This document shows positions 30,644 to 40,782 of a stretch of DNA of 64,000 nucleotides, one piece after another. Made by a program: the position numbers and the translations under genes. Every line of letters begins with the position of its first letter. Position 1 is the stretch's first letter. Below the pieces are notes generated by a model. That model did no database searches. It saw only the letters and a list, made by a program, of their open reading frames with translations, and had not been told where the DNA came from. The stretch is from the NCBI RefSeq assembly GCF_054482525.1, contig NZ_CM137006.1. One strand, written 5' to 3'.

Positions 30644-33139
30644 TTGCAGGAGCTGCCTATGTTGAGAATGACCCCACTTGCATCAGCAATCGTAGCGTTA
30701 TTGCTCGGCATTGAAGCTTATGCAGCTGAAGAAACCTTTGATACCCATTTTATGATAGGTGCAGTGAAAGATCAGCAGGTTGCAAATATTCGTCTTGATG
30801 ATAATCAACCCTTGCCGGGGCAGTATGACATCGATATTTATGTCAATAAGCAATGGCGCGGGAAATATGAGATTATTGTTAAAGACAACCCGCAAGAAAC
30901 ATGTTTATCAAGGGAAATTATCAAGCGGTTAGGCATTAATACCGATAACTTTGCCAGCGGTAAGCAATGTTTAACATTTGAGCAACTTGTTCAGGGTGGG
31001 AGCTATACCTGGGATATCGGAGTTTTTCGTCTCGATTTCAGTGTCCCGCAGGCGTGGGTGGAAGAACTGGAAAGTGGCTATGTTCCACCGGAAAACTGGG
31101 AGCGGGGTATTAATGCGTTTTATACCTCTTATTATGTGAGTCAGTATTACAGCGACTATAAAGCGTCGGGTAATAGTAAGAGTACATATGTACGTTTTAA
31201 CAGCGGGTTAAACTTACTGGGGTGGCAACTGCATTCTGATGCCAGTTTCAGTAAAACAAATAGCAATCCAGGGGTGTGGAAAAGCAATACCCTGTATCTG
31301 GAACGTGGATTTGCCCAACTTCTCGGCACGCTTCGCGTGGGTGATATGTACACATCAAGCGATATTTTTGATTCTGTTCGCTTCAGCGGTGTGCGGTTGT
31401 TTCGTGATATGCAGATGTTGCCTAACTCGAAACAAAATTTTACTCCACGGGTGCAGGGGATTGCTCAGAGTAACGCGCTGGTAACTATTGAACAGAATGG
31501 TTTTGTGGTTTATCAGAAAGAGGTTCCTCCTGGCCCGTTTGCGATTACAGATTTGCAGTTGGCCGGGGGTGGAGCGGATCTTGATGTCAGCGTGAAAGAG
31601 GCGGACGGTTCGGTAACCACCTATCTGGTGCCTTATGCAGCGGTGCCGAATATGCTGCAACCTGGCGTGTCGAAATATGATTTTGCGGCGGGTCGTAGCC
31701 ATATTGAAGGGGCGAGCAAACAAAGTGATTTTGTCCAGGCGGGTTATCAGTATGGTTTTAATAACTTATTGACGCTGTATGGTGGATCGATGGTCGCGAA
31801 TAATTATTACGCGTTCACTTTGGGGACTGGCTGGAATACACGCATTGGTGCCATTTCCGTCGATGCCACGAAGTCGCATAGTAAACAAGACAACGGCGAT
31901 GTGTTTGACGGGCAAAGTTATCAAATTGCCTACAACAAATTTGTGAGCCAAACGTCGACGCGTTTTGGTCTGGCGGCCTGGCGTTATTCGTCGCGTGATT
32001 ACCGGACATTTAACGATCACGTTTGGGCAAACAATAAAGATAATTATCGCCGTGATGAAAACGATATCTATGACATTGCCGATTATTACCAGAACGATTT
32101 TGGCCGTAAAAATAGCTTTTCTGCCAATATGAGCCAGTCATTGCCAGAAGGCTGGGGTTCTGTGTCCTTAAGTACGTTATGGCGAGATTACTGGGGGCGT
32201 AGCGGCAGCAGTAAGGATTATCAGTTGAGTTATTCCTACAACCTGCGACAGATAAGCTATACCCTCGCGGCAAGCCAGGCTTATGACGAGAATCATCATG
32301 AAGAGAAACGTTTTAATATTTTTATATCGATTCCCTTTGATTGGGGTGATGACGTTACGACGCCTCGTCGGCAAATATATATGTCTAACTCAACGACGTT
32401 TGATGATCAGGGTTTTGCCTCAAATAATACGGGATTATCAGGAACCGTTGGAAGCCGGTATCAATTTAACTATGGGGTCAACCTGAGTCATCAGCATCAG
32501 GGAAATGAAACGACAGCTGGAGCGAATTTAACCTGGAACGCGCCGGTGGCAACGGTGAATGGCAGTTATAGTCAGTCGAGTACTTATCGACAGGCTGGAG
32601 CCAGTGTTTCAGGGGGCATTGTCGCCTGGTCGGGTGGCGTTAATCTGGCGAACCGTCTTTCCGAAACGTTTGCTGTGATGAATGCGCCAGGAATTAAAGA
32701 TGCTTATGTCAATGGGCAAAAATATCGCACAACAAACCGTAATGGAGTGGTGGTATACGACGGAATGACACCTTATCGGGAAAATCACCTGATGCTGGAT
32801 GTGTCGCAAAGCGATAGCGAAGCAGAATTACGTGGCAACCGGAAAATTGCCGCCCCTTTTCGCGGCGCGGTTGTACTGGTTAATTTTGATACCGATCAGC
32901 GCAAGCCCTGGTTTATAAAAGCGTTAAGAACGGATGGGCAACCATTAACGTTTGGTTATGAAGTCAATGATATCCATGGTCATAATATTGGCGTTGTCGG
33001 CCAGGGAAGCCAGTTATTTATTCGCACCAATGAAGTACCGCCATCGGTTAATGTAGCAATTGATAAGCAACAAGGACTTTCATGCACAATCACCTTCGGT
33101 AAAGAGATTGATGAAAGTAGAAATTATATTTGCCAGTAA
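30644..33139 (+). CDS. yehB: Outer-membrane fimbrial usher
   Basis: 831 aa usher-like beta-barrel protein; synteny. Confidence 0.9.
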   Translation: MQELPMLRMTPLASAIVALLLGIEAYAAEETFDTHFMIGAVKDQQVANIRLDDNQPLPGQYDIDIYVNKQWRGKYEIIVKDNPQETCLSREIIKRLGINTDNFASGKQCLTFEQLVQGGSYTWDIGVFRLDFSVPQAWVEELESGYVPPENWERGINAFYTSYYVSQYYSDYKASGNSKSTYVRFNSGLNLLGWQLHSDASFSKTNSNPGVWKSNTLYLERGFAQLLGTLRVGDMYTSSDIFDSVRFSGVRLFRDMQMLPNSKQNFTPRVQGIAQSNALVTIEQNGFVVYQKEVPPGPFAITDLQLAGGGADLDVSVKEADGSVTTYLVPYAAVPNMLQPGVSKYDFAAGRSHIEGASKQSDFVQAGYQYGFNNLLTLYGGSMVANNYYAFTLGTGWNTRIGAISVDATKSHSKQDNGDVFDGQSYQIAYNKFVSQTSTRFGLAAWRYSSRDYRTFNDHVWANNKDNYRRDENDIYDIADYYQNDFGRKNSFSANMSQSLPEGWGSVSLSTLWRDYWGRSGSSKDYQLSYSYNLRQISYTLAASQAYDENHHEEKRFNIFISIPFDWGDDVTTPRRQIYMSNSTTFDDQGFASNNTGLSGTVGSRYQFNYGVNLSHQHQGNETTAGANLTWNAPVATVNGSYSQSSTYRQAGASVSGGIVAWSGGVNLANRLSETFAVMNAPGIKDAYVNGQKYRTTNRNGVVVYDGMTPYRENHLMLDVSQSDSEAELRGNRKIAAPFRGAVVLVNFDTDQRKPWFIKALRTDGQPLTFGYEVNDIHGHNIGVVGQGSQLFIRTNEVPPSVNVAIDKQQGLSCTITFGKEIDESRNYICQ

Positions 33140-33154
33140 TAGTCAGGTGGTTCT

Positions 33155-34189
33155 ATGAAAATTCGCATAATGCTATTTATATTAATGATGATAGTTATGC
33201 CTGTGAGCTATGCGGCATGTTATAGTGAGTTATCTGTTCAGCACAATTTGGTTGTTCAGGGGGATTTTGCACTTAGTCAAACACAAATAGCGACATATGA
33301 GCATAATTTTAATGATTCGTCATGCGTGAGTACAAATACTATCACCCCTATGAGCCCATCGGATATTATTGTTGGACTTTATAACGATACCATTAAATTA
33401 AATTTACATTTTGAATGGACCAATAAAAACAACATCACGTTGTCAAATAATCAGACCAGTTTCACCAGTGGTTATTCGGTAACGGTGACACCTGCGGCCA
33501 GTAATGCAAAAGTGAATGTTTCTGCGGGGGGCGGCGGTTCAGTGATGATTAATGGTGTTGCGACATTATCCAGTGCTTCATCATCGACACGCGGGAGTGC
33601 TGCAGTACAATTTTTACTGTGTTTATTAGGTGGCAAGTCATGGGATGCATGTGTAAATAGCTACAGAAATGCATTGGCACAAAATGCAGGTGTCTATTCC
33701 TTTAATCTGGCATTGTCATATAACCCGATAACCACAACCTGCAAACCGGACGATTTATTAATTACTTTAGAGAGTATTCCCGTTTCACAATTACCAGTCA
33801 CAGGTAACAAAGCAACAATAAATAGTAACAAAGGGGATATTGTTCTGCGTTGTAAAAACTTATTAGGTCAACAAAATCAAACATCACGGAAAATGCAGGT
33901 GTATTTATCAAGTTCTGACTTGTTAAACAACAGCAACACGATACTTAAAGGTGCAAAAGATAATGGCGTAGAATTTGTTCTTGAAAGTAATGGTTCGCCA
34001 GTCACACTTTTAAATATCACTGACAGCAGTAAAGGATACACAAATTTAAAAGAAATTGCGGCGAAGTCAAAACTTACAGATACAACGGTTTCAATTCCGA
34101 TAACAGCCAGTTACTACGTCTACGATACAAACAAAGTTAAATCCGGCGCACTGGAGACAACCGCATTAATCAACGTGAAATACGACTAA
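33155..34189 (+). CDS. yehA: Fimbrial adhesin-like protein
   Basis: 344 aa with signal peptide; terminal gene of the operon. Confidence 0.8.
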   Translation: MKIRIMLFILMMIVMPVSYAACYSELSVQHNLVVQGDFALSQTQIATYEHNFNDSSCVSTNTITPMSPSDIIVGLYNDTIKLNLHFEWTNKNNITLSNNQTSFTSGYSVTVTPAASNAKVNVSAGGGGSVMINGVATLSSASSSTRGSAAVQFLLCLLGGKSWDACVNSYRNALAQNAGVYSFNLALSYNPITTTCKPDDLLITLESIPVSQLPVTGNKATINSNKGDIVLRCKNLLGQQNQTSRKMQVYLSSSDLLNNSNTILKGAKDNGVEFVLESNGSPVTLLNITDSSKGYTNLKEIAAKSKLTDTTVSIPITASYYVYDTNKVKSGALETTALINVKYD

Positions 34190-34245
34190 TAACAAGCAAG
34201 ACGAGCAAGTGGTTAATAATAAAAAATAATAAGGTGTCTGCATTT

Positions 34246-34272
34246 CCCCCTCATGATGAGGGGGCTTTTTTT
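34246..34272 (+). terminator. Intrinsic terminator after yehA
   Basis: ccccctcatgatgaggggg hairpin followed by cttttttt. Confidence 0.7.
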
Positions 34273-34609
34273 AGCGATGATAAAAAATCTCACCGTCGTA
34301 GGCTTTAACGATTTTACCGTCGGTGTCGCTGATCAACACATATGCGCCACCCATATAGGTCCAGTGCGTCCCGGCATCAGGCGCGGGCAGGTTACGTAAC
34401 TGCCACTGCTTAATGTTGTACTCATCGGTGCGGTACATCTCTGGGACGGTATCGCCTGGTTTGAAATGCTTAAAGTCAGCAATGAAACTACTTAACTCAT
34501 ACTTAGAAATTCCCGAGGTATTGGTCGAACCCGCGGTGGCTGGTGCGGCCCAGGCGGCACTGGTAACCAGCAAAAGCGCACCCAGCAACATCTTATTTTT
34601 AATGGTCAT
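34271..34609 (-). CDS. rcnB: Periplasmic Ni/Co homeostasis protein RcnB (YohN)
   Basis: Start placed at MTIKNKMLLGALLL giving 112 aa with signal peptide. Confidence 0.85.
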   Translation of the reverse strand: MTIKNKMLLGALLLVTSAAWAAPATAGSTNTSGISKYELSSFIADFKHFKPGDTVPEMYRTDEYNIKQWQLRNLPAPDAGTHWTYMGGAYVLISDTDGKIVKAYDGEIFYHR

Positions 34610-34827
34610 AAACTCTCCACTTTGGGGATCTGTAATATCAGTCGCATATCTTTCCTGCCATACAATATAACTGACAAGCGATATTTTGTTAGTGATCCCA
34701 TGATTTCGTAAAAAGTGTAAATGAAAGGATGCCCTAAAAGCATCCTTAGCGAGCAGAGAGTCAGCGGAAATAGCTGATTTAAGAATCATCCTGGGCTGAA
34801 GATAACATGCAAGCCTAAAGGATAGAG

Positions 34828-35661
34828 TTATCGCATTATGCCCATAAAGCCATGCACACCCATATACACACCAACTAAGCCAATCAACAGACTGGAAAAA
34901 TAGGGGGCGCGTTTAGCGAGAGTGTTAAATCCGCTCCAGCGTTTTGCGACCTGCTGAACGCTGATTGCTGCGCCAACGCCTACGGTGACCAGCGTTAACG
35001 CCAGGCCGATGCTGAAACTGACGACCAGTGTTGCGCCCAGTGTCAGGGCTTTCAACTGAATGCAAATCAACAGCACGGTAATTGCTGCCGGGCAGGGGAT
35101 AAGGCCACCGGTTAAGCCAAATAACAAAATTTGCCAGTTGGTGACCTCTCTACCATCAAAGCGTCGTTTAATGTCATTGGCATGGGCTCGTGCATGAGCA
35201 TCCTGATACTCCCCATGTTCGTGATGGTGATGATGTCCATGGTCGTGGTGATCTTCGTGATCGTGATGATGATGGTGATGATGCTCATGATCATGCCCGT
35301 GCATATTCTCCAGCCAGTTGCGTTCGCCGCGCCAGGTACGCCAGAACATCCAGAACGCGGTGCCAATAATGATCACCGCGGAAATCAACTGGAGCCACGG
35401 TTCTGCTGATTGAGCAGTAAAGCGCTTACTGATCACCATCCCGCCAAAGGCAATCAACCAGACCACCGCGGTATGCGAAATGGTTGCTGCCAGTCCGAGC
35501 ATCACCGCCTGTTTAATGGTGCCTTTGATGGCGATGATAAACGCCGCCATCATCGTTTTTGAGTGCCCTGGTTCCAGGCCATGAAGCGCACCAAGTAAGA
35601 TGGCGCTGGGGATGAAGAACCAGGCGTTTCCTTGCTGAAGAAGAGTGGTAAATTCGGTCAT
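34828..35661 (-). CDS. rcnA: Nickel/cobalt efflux protein RcnA
   Basis: Membrane protein with a long His-rich loop (HGHDHEHHHHHHHDHEDHHDHGHHHHHEH). Confidence 0.9.
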   Translation of the reverse strand: MTEFTTLLQQGNAWFFIPSAILLGALHGLEPGHSKTMMAAFIIAIKGTIKQAVMLGLAATISHTAVVWLIAFGGMVISKRFTAQSAEPWLQLISAVIIIGTAFWMFWRTWRGERNWLENMHGHDHEHHHHHHHDHEDHHDHGHHHHHEHGEYQDAHARAHANDIKRRFDGREVTNWQILLFGLTGGLIPCPAAITVLLICIQLKALTLGATLVVSFSIGLALTLVTVGVGAAISVQQVAKRWSGFNTLAKRAPYFSSLLIGLVGVYMGVHGFMGIMR

Positions 35662-35697
35662 GATAATAATTCTTAGTATTAATTCGGCAATCCGATT

Positions 35698-35731
35698 CTA
35701 CTCCCCCCCAGTACCTGATACTACCCCCCAG
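35698..35731. promoter_or_regulatory. RcnR operator sites in the rcnA-rcnR intergenic region
   Basis: Two TACT-(C/G)6-AGTA inverted-repeat sites (35698-35711 and 35717-35731), matching the known RcnR operator pattern. Confidence 0.65.
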
Positions 35732-35781
35732 TAGATTAATAGTGCTATGATTTTTCATGTTCTTGTTAACCAGGTGTTGCC

Positions 35782-36054
35782 ATGTCTCATACCATCCGTG
35801 ATAAACAGAAACTGAAAGCGCGTGCCAGTAAGATTCAGGGCCAGGTCGTGGCGCTCAAGAAAATGCTCGACGAGCCGCACGAATGCGCTGCAGTTTTACA
35901 ACAGATTGCTGCTATCCGTGGCGCGGTAAACGGTCTGATGCGGGAAGTGATTAAAGGTCATCTGACGGAACACATCGTTCACCAGGGGGATGAGCTAAAA
36001 CGTGAAGAAGATCTGGATGTCGTTCTGAAGGTGCTGGATTCTTATATCAAATAA
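35782..36054 (+). CDS. rcnR: Ni/Co-responsive repressor RcnR (CsoR/RcnR family)
   Basis: 90 aa; divergent from rcnA. Confidence 0.9.
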
Positions 36055-36142
36055 TTTATTAACGCTATTGTAAAACTGCCGTTTTTCCTCGTTTACAACG
36101 GGTGCGCTGGACATTACCATCCTCCTCTGCGATTTATCATCG

Positions 36143-36224
36143 CAACCAAACGACTCGGGGTGCCCTTCTGCGTGAAGGCTGAGAAATACCCGTATCACCT
36201 GATCTGGATAATGCCAGCGTAGGG
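36143..36224 (+). repeat. attL-like direct repeat: orphan copy of the 5' 82 nt of the thiM TPP-riboswitch leader
   Basis: 82/82 identity with 44023-44104, checked by eye. Confidence 0.85.
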
Positions 36225-36307
36225 GGCCAAAATAGTCTTGAAAATTATGTGGTTGTATCTCTTTTTGACCATAAATCATGCTGTTAAGGTACAAAAAGGG
36301 GTCGTTT

Positions 36308-37615
36308 ATGAGGTCAAGAACTCTCCCATACACATTTCAGCGAAACGGTAATTACTATCTACAAATCCGGCTTTCGGATGGTCGGATATACAAAAAATCA
36401 CTTTTTACTGACAGTTATCGCGAAGCATCGGCGTTGATGATTGGCCTTACTCCGCACATTCCTTTCGTTAAATCACTCGCTACTCCGTTGCCGCAATTTA
36501 ATAAGTTTGTTTCAAACTTGATCGCTTCGTCACGTAACGTAATGATTCCGTTGCCACTCCCTCAGCAATTGAACAATATTTCTAAAGAAGTTTTGCAGCT
36601 TCAACCACCAGCCAAACCGGAAAAGGTACTAACACTTGCTGATGCGTGGGCTATGTACAAGGAGGAAAGAGGTCGAAATTGGACAAAATCGATCTCAATA
36701 GCAAATGAGCGTTATATGGAGGTATTGCTTGTTGTCTTGGGAAAAGAAACAGACGTAACGGCAATCACCAAACAAGATATTAAGCGAGTAATGGAAACTG
36801 TCGAAAACTTACCAAAGCGTGTAGTGCAACCGTATAGGTCAATGACTATTCAGCAACTAATCGAATGTGATGATGTGCTGCCAGAGGATTTAGTTGGTGC
36901 TGAGGCTGTACATAAGCACCTTAAAATCTACAAATCGTTATTCAAAACATTTCTGACTGAAAACAAAGATATTCTATCTAAGTCTCCGACTGATGGAATA
37001 GTAGCGGCACCATCCAAAGCTAGGTTTGGTGCATACAGTGCAGCAGAAATGAAAAAATTTGTAGGATGGGCACTAAAGCAGCCTGATGGATGGCAGAAGT
37101 GGATCACTTTGTTGTTGGCGTACACAGGAGCCAGAAGAGGTGAGATTGCTAAACTGGAGAAGTCGCAGATCAAATTTGATGAAGATAGCCAGCGGCACTA
37201 TCTTCTGATCGCGGAAAGAAGGCTGGGTAAAACTGAGAATGCTACAAGACAGGTAGTGATTCATCCCAAACTGATTGAGTGGGGGTTTCTGGATTTTGTT
37301 AACCGCCAATGGAAAGAGAAAATCTTTTCGGAAGTCTCAGGTCGAAATATGTCAAAGATAGGTAAAGTTCTTTCAGATGTTCGTGATCAGCTTGATATTC
37401 CTTATCTTGATGATTATGGGCAGCGGCGCTTGGTGCATAGTTTCCGGCATACTATGATTTCTACTTGTTTAGCTGGTTGGGTGAGTAATTTGGCGCATCT
37501 GCAACAGGTGGTAGGTCATGAAAAGAGTGGAGTAGGGATTACCCAGCGTTATCTGCACACATTCCCACTTTCCACCGTTTGTTATGTGATCGATGGTCTT
37601 TGTTGGGAGACTTAG
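36308..37615 (+). CDS. Tyrosine recombinase/integrase
   Basis: Catalytic residues in TGARRGE, HSFRHT and ITQRYLH; start may be 36278 or 36308. Confidence 0.85.
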   Translation: MRSRTLPYTFQRNGNYYLQIRLSDGRIYKKSLFTDSYREASALMIGLTPHIPFVKSLATPLPQFNKFVSNLIASSRNVMIPLPLPQQLNNISKEVLQLQPPAKPEKVLTLADAWAMYKEERGRNWTKSISIANERYMEVLLVVLGKETDVTAITKQDIKRVMETVENLPKRVVQPYRSMTIQQLIECDDVLPEDLVGAEAVHKHLKIYKSLFKTFLTENKDILSKSPTDGIVAAPSKARFGAYSAAEMKKFVGWALKQPDGWQKWITLLLAYTGARRGEIAKLEKSQIKFDEDSQRHYLLIAERRLGKTENATRQVVIHPKLIEWGFLDFVNRQWKEKIFSEVSGRNMSKIGKVLSDVRDQLDIPYLDDYGQRRLVHSFRHTMISTCLAGWVSNLAHLQQVVGHEKSGVGITQRYLHTFPLSTVCYVIDGLCWET

Positions 37616-37743
37616 TTATTCGTGTATCCTTCTTAGTGTATAACCAGCTAATAATTTGTAGATTTTTATTGTCTGAGATCAAAAATTTTCACAACTAATT
37701 TACAATAATAACTTAAGATGAATTTAGGCTTAGTGAGTCTTCT

Positions 37744-38469
37744 ATGGTTAAAAATTTAGGCAAAAAATACAAGTATGGCGATCAACCGATAAGAGCTATT
37801 ACCATACAGATAATTGCTAATCAGTTTGGTGGGGCTGCAACGGCTAAGCAGGTAGATGATTATCTTAGAAAGCTATTTCCATCTTATAAAGATAATACTT
37901 GGCTCAATTTAATTGCTAATACAGTTAATTGTAAGCGGAGCTACTGGAGTTTCAACAAAACTGCCCGACGAACTGATGATGTAACTCATCGGCATCATAA
38001 GTATGACCGATTGTTCAAGCGTGGAAATATTTTTGAAATCTATCAACCATCTGTGCACGGTATTTGGGAATTATACCAGGATTTAGAAGGGATGTGGCGT
38101 TATCGTCAAGTAAAATCGGTTTTCGAAGAAGCTGTTGAGACGGCTGCAAAATTATCTTCAGTGGAACGAAAGCAAATTTTAGCGACAGAAAGTAAAATCC
38201 CGGAACTAATCGAAGTAACAACACGAGTTTATAAACGAAGCCCATATGTAGTTGCTGAAGTTCTTTTGAGAGCAAATGGAAAATGTCAATATTGTAAGCG
38301 AGATGCTCCTTTTCTAAAGGAAGATGGTACTCCATTTCTAGAAGTTCATCATATTGAGTGGCTTTCAAAGGGGGGGGAGGACTCTGTGGAAAATGCTATT
38401 GCATTATGTCCTAATTGCCATAGACAAGCCCATTATGGCGATCTGACATTACTACCTGTTAATAAATAG
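37744..38469 (+). CDS. HNH nuclease with McrA-like C-terminal domain and unrecognised N-terminal domain (candidate type IV restriction enzyme)
   Basis: C-terminus CQYCKRDAPFLKEDGTPFLEVHHIEWLSKGGEDSVENAIALCPNCHRQAHYG closely parallels the McrA HNH motif as I recall it. Confidence 0.7.
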   Translation: MVKNLGKKYKYGDQPIRAITIQIIANQFGGAATAKQVDDYLRKLFPSYKDNTWLNLIANTVNCKRSYWSFNKTARRTDDVTHRHHKYDRLFKRGNIFEIYQPSVHGIWELYQDLEGMWRYRQVKSVFEEAVETAAKLSSVERKQILATESKIPELIEVTTRVYKRSPYVVAEVLLRANGKCQYCKRDAPFLKEDGTPFLEVHHIEWLSKGGEDSVENAIALCPNCHRQAHYGDLTLLPVNK

Positions 38470-38546
38470 GCTTGATGAAAGTTCTATTTCTATATTTTTC
38501 AATATACAAATTTCCCCAAAAACGGCGTGAATATCACGCCGATCAA

Positions 38547-38894
38547 TCATACTTCAGAACACATACTCAATGTGTAAACAGCCATCTCCCCATCGGGATT
38601 AGAAGGGCGTAATACAAATATCGGTATACTGCCATTGTCAATGTATGTGGCTGCAACCCCTCCGTCAGGTGTAGCATACATCTTTGCGATGCTTTTTTGA
38701 CCTACAAAATCAAGTCTCCAAGTTTTACCGCCAAGATTTATGGTCATTTTTTTATCTTGTATATCAAAAGTTGAATCTACAGAAACTTTCTGACTTCCCG
38801 AGTCAATATGACCTTCCTGTATTGCTTTACAGGAAAAGGTTGTGGCGTGGCCCATCACTGGAATTAACAAAGCGGCAAATACTAGTTTTTTCAT
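38547..38894 (-). CDS. Small secreted protein, possibly lipoprotein (about 115 aa)
   Basis: Signal peptide MKKLVFAALLIPVMGHA; no recognisable domain. Confidence 0.5.
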   Translation of the reverse strand: MKKLVFAALLIPVMGHATTFSCKAIQEGHIDSGSQKVSVDSTFDIQDKKMTINLGGKTWRLDFVGQKSIAKMYATPDGGVAATYIDNGSIPIFVLRPSNPDGEMAVYTLSMCSEV

Positions 38895-39004
38895 TTGTCT
38901 CCCTTGGTGTGTCAAATGGATGGTGATGCTAATAATACATGATTGATTCAAAATGTCACGATTAGTGCGTGGTTAATTGGTGCGTCAAATTGCATCTTTG
39001 TGCC

Positions 39005-39469
39005 ATGCGAAAGAATCTGAGATACCTTTTTGGACAACGAGTAAAAGAGTTCCGTATAGCTATTGGCTTAAGCCAAGAGGCCTTTGCAGATCGGTGTGGT
39101 TTTGCACGTAGTTATATGAGTCGAATTGAGCGTGGTTGCTCTAATGCATCTCTTGATGCAATTGAGGTTCTGGCTGACGCTTTGCGTATTGAGCCTTGGC
39201 AGTTACTGGCTTCTGATTCAAGGAAACCTGATGATCAGGAGGTACTTGTTCCTTATGCTGCAGATGGGTCGTGTTTTCATCCAGGATTGGCAAGTACTCG
39301 CGATGGTTCGTTTAGAGTAGGGGAAAAATCAGCCCAGAAACGTTTCAGTTCGTTCAATGAAGCTCTCGAATACCTTCGTGGAATGGAAACCGCGAAGTGG
39401 CGTAGGCCTAATGCTAGTGGTAATTGGGGAATTGTATCTGCGGTTAAATGGGATCGACTGAATCAATAA
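39005..39469 (+). CDS. XRE-family HTH protein with about 80-aa C-terminal domain of unknown function
   Basis: N-terminal HTH (LSQEAFADRCGFARSYMSRIERG); start placed at MRKNLRYL. Confidence 0.65.
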   Translation: MRKNLRYLFGQRVKEFRIAIGLSQEAFADRCGFARSYMSRIERGCSNASLDAIEVLADALRIEPWQLLASDSRKPDDQEVLVPYAADGSCFHPGLASTRDGSFRVGEKSAQKRFSSFNEALEYLRGMETAKWRRPNASGNWGIVSAVKWDRLNQ

Positions 39470-39635
39470 GATATCAGTAATTTTCGGGCCACTCCACAAG
39501 GCAATAAGTGGCTTAGTGGTGATTATCGAAGGGGAATACAAGCGAGCACCTAGGCACCATTGCAAGAACCGCTCAACGCTGAGATCAGCAAGCCCCGATT
39601 TTTGCCGACCGTCCCTGTCAAATATCAAGGAGGCA

Positions 39636-40187
39636 TTACGCCACCTGCTCTTTCTTGATACGTTGCACCGTCTGCGTGCTGACACTGAAATCTTTTGCTA
39701 CGCTCCGAATTGAGCCACCATTCGCGAGAGCGGCAGCAATTCCCGCTCGATCAATTGCTTTTCCATTACCACGTTTTGCTATACGTCCAGCGGCCTTGGC
39801 TGCGGCGATCCCTTCACGTTGACGCTCAAGCATCATTTCACGTTCCATTTGTGCCACTGCTGCAAGAACTGTGAGCATCATATTCCCTGCGGGAGAGTTC
39901 TTTCCTGTCTTAAAGTCTTCTTTATGGAAATGCACAGACACGCCGCGCTTTGTTAATTGCTCTACAGTTGCCAGAAGGTCGGCTGTATTACGACAAAGGC
40001 GATCAATACTATGGACGTGTAACACGTCACCCTCCCGCACATAGTTCATCATTGCCTCAAACTGTGGGCGCTGAGTGTTCTTGCCTGACGCTTTATCTTC
40101 AAAGACTTTATCAAGAGTTACTCCTGCTAATTGACGGTCTGTGTTTTGTTGCACAGTCGATACCCTAATGTATCCAATATTAGCCAT
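39636..40187 (-). CDS. Serine recombinase (resolvase/invertase family)
   Basis: N-terminal IGYIRVSTVQQNTDRQ with catalytic Ser; C-terminal HTH. Confidence 0.85.
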   Translation of the reverse strand: MANIGYIRVSTVQQNTDRQLAGVTLDKVFEDKASGKNTQRPQFEAMMNYVREGDVLHVHSIDRLCRNTADLLATVEQLTKRGVSVHFHKEDFKTGKNSPAGNMMLTVLAAVAQMEREMMLERQREGIAAAKAAGRIAKRGNGKAIDRAGIAAALANGGSIRSVAKDFSVSTQTVQRIKKEQVA

Positions 40188-40674
40188 CTTCTTTTTTCTT
40201 CTGTATTGATTTGTGTGTAGTGATTATTGAACGTGTTGATTAGGTGTGTAAAGTACTTTTTTCACTACGAAATTCGAAGTTTTTTAGTGTGGTGATTTAG
40301 CCTGCCTTATCACTACACTTCTTGCATGAGAATCATGTAGTTACATTTTGGTAAAATTAGCAAGCTATTAAATTGTGTGTTTATTTTGAAAAAATAATTT
40401 TTGTTGCATTAAAGAAAACTTGTTCGACAAATAATAGGTTGATTTTTGATCAATAATTTCTGATAGTGCTCTGTAAGCCGCATTACACAAGGCGCAGCGA
40501 AAGTGATGTAAAAGTGAAGAAAGCTAACATTGCACTTTTAAACTACTTTTCATTGAATTTTTTAGTATGGAATTACACAGGAATAAGTTAGGGATATTCT
40601 ATGATTTACACAGGGAATATAGGGGGATTATGGTATTACACAGAGTGAGTGCTATGTGATGATTGGTAGTAACG

Positions 40675-40782
40675 GTAGGTCACTGTGAACTAGGGGGGTA
40701 GGTCACTGTGAACTAGGGGGGTAGGTCACTGTGAGCTAGGGGGTAGGTCACTGTGAACTAGGGGGTAGGTCACTGTGAACTA
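40675..40782. repeat. Iteron array: five tandem 22-23 bp repeats (gtaggtcactgtgaactaggggg) next to an AT-rich tract
   Basis: Contiguous direct repeats with no spacers, followed by ataagactataataagactattaataaaacta. Confidence 0.8.

Noticed and set aside
35131-35409. 92-aa Met-rich ORF
   Set aside because: Antisense to the His-rich loop of rcnA; an artefact of the repetitive CAT/CAC codons on the opposite strand.
40675-40782. Possible CRISPR array
   Set aside because: The 22-23 bp repeats are directly contiguous with no spacers and sit beside an AT-rich tract, which fits plasmid-type iterons rather than CRISPR.
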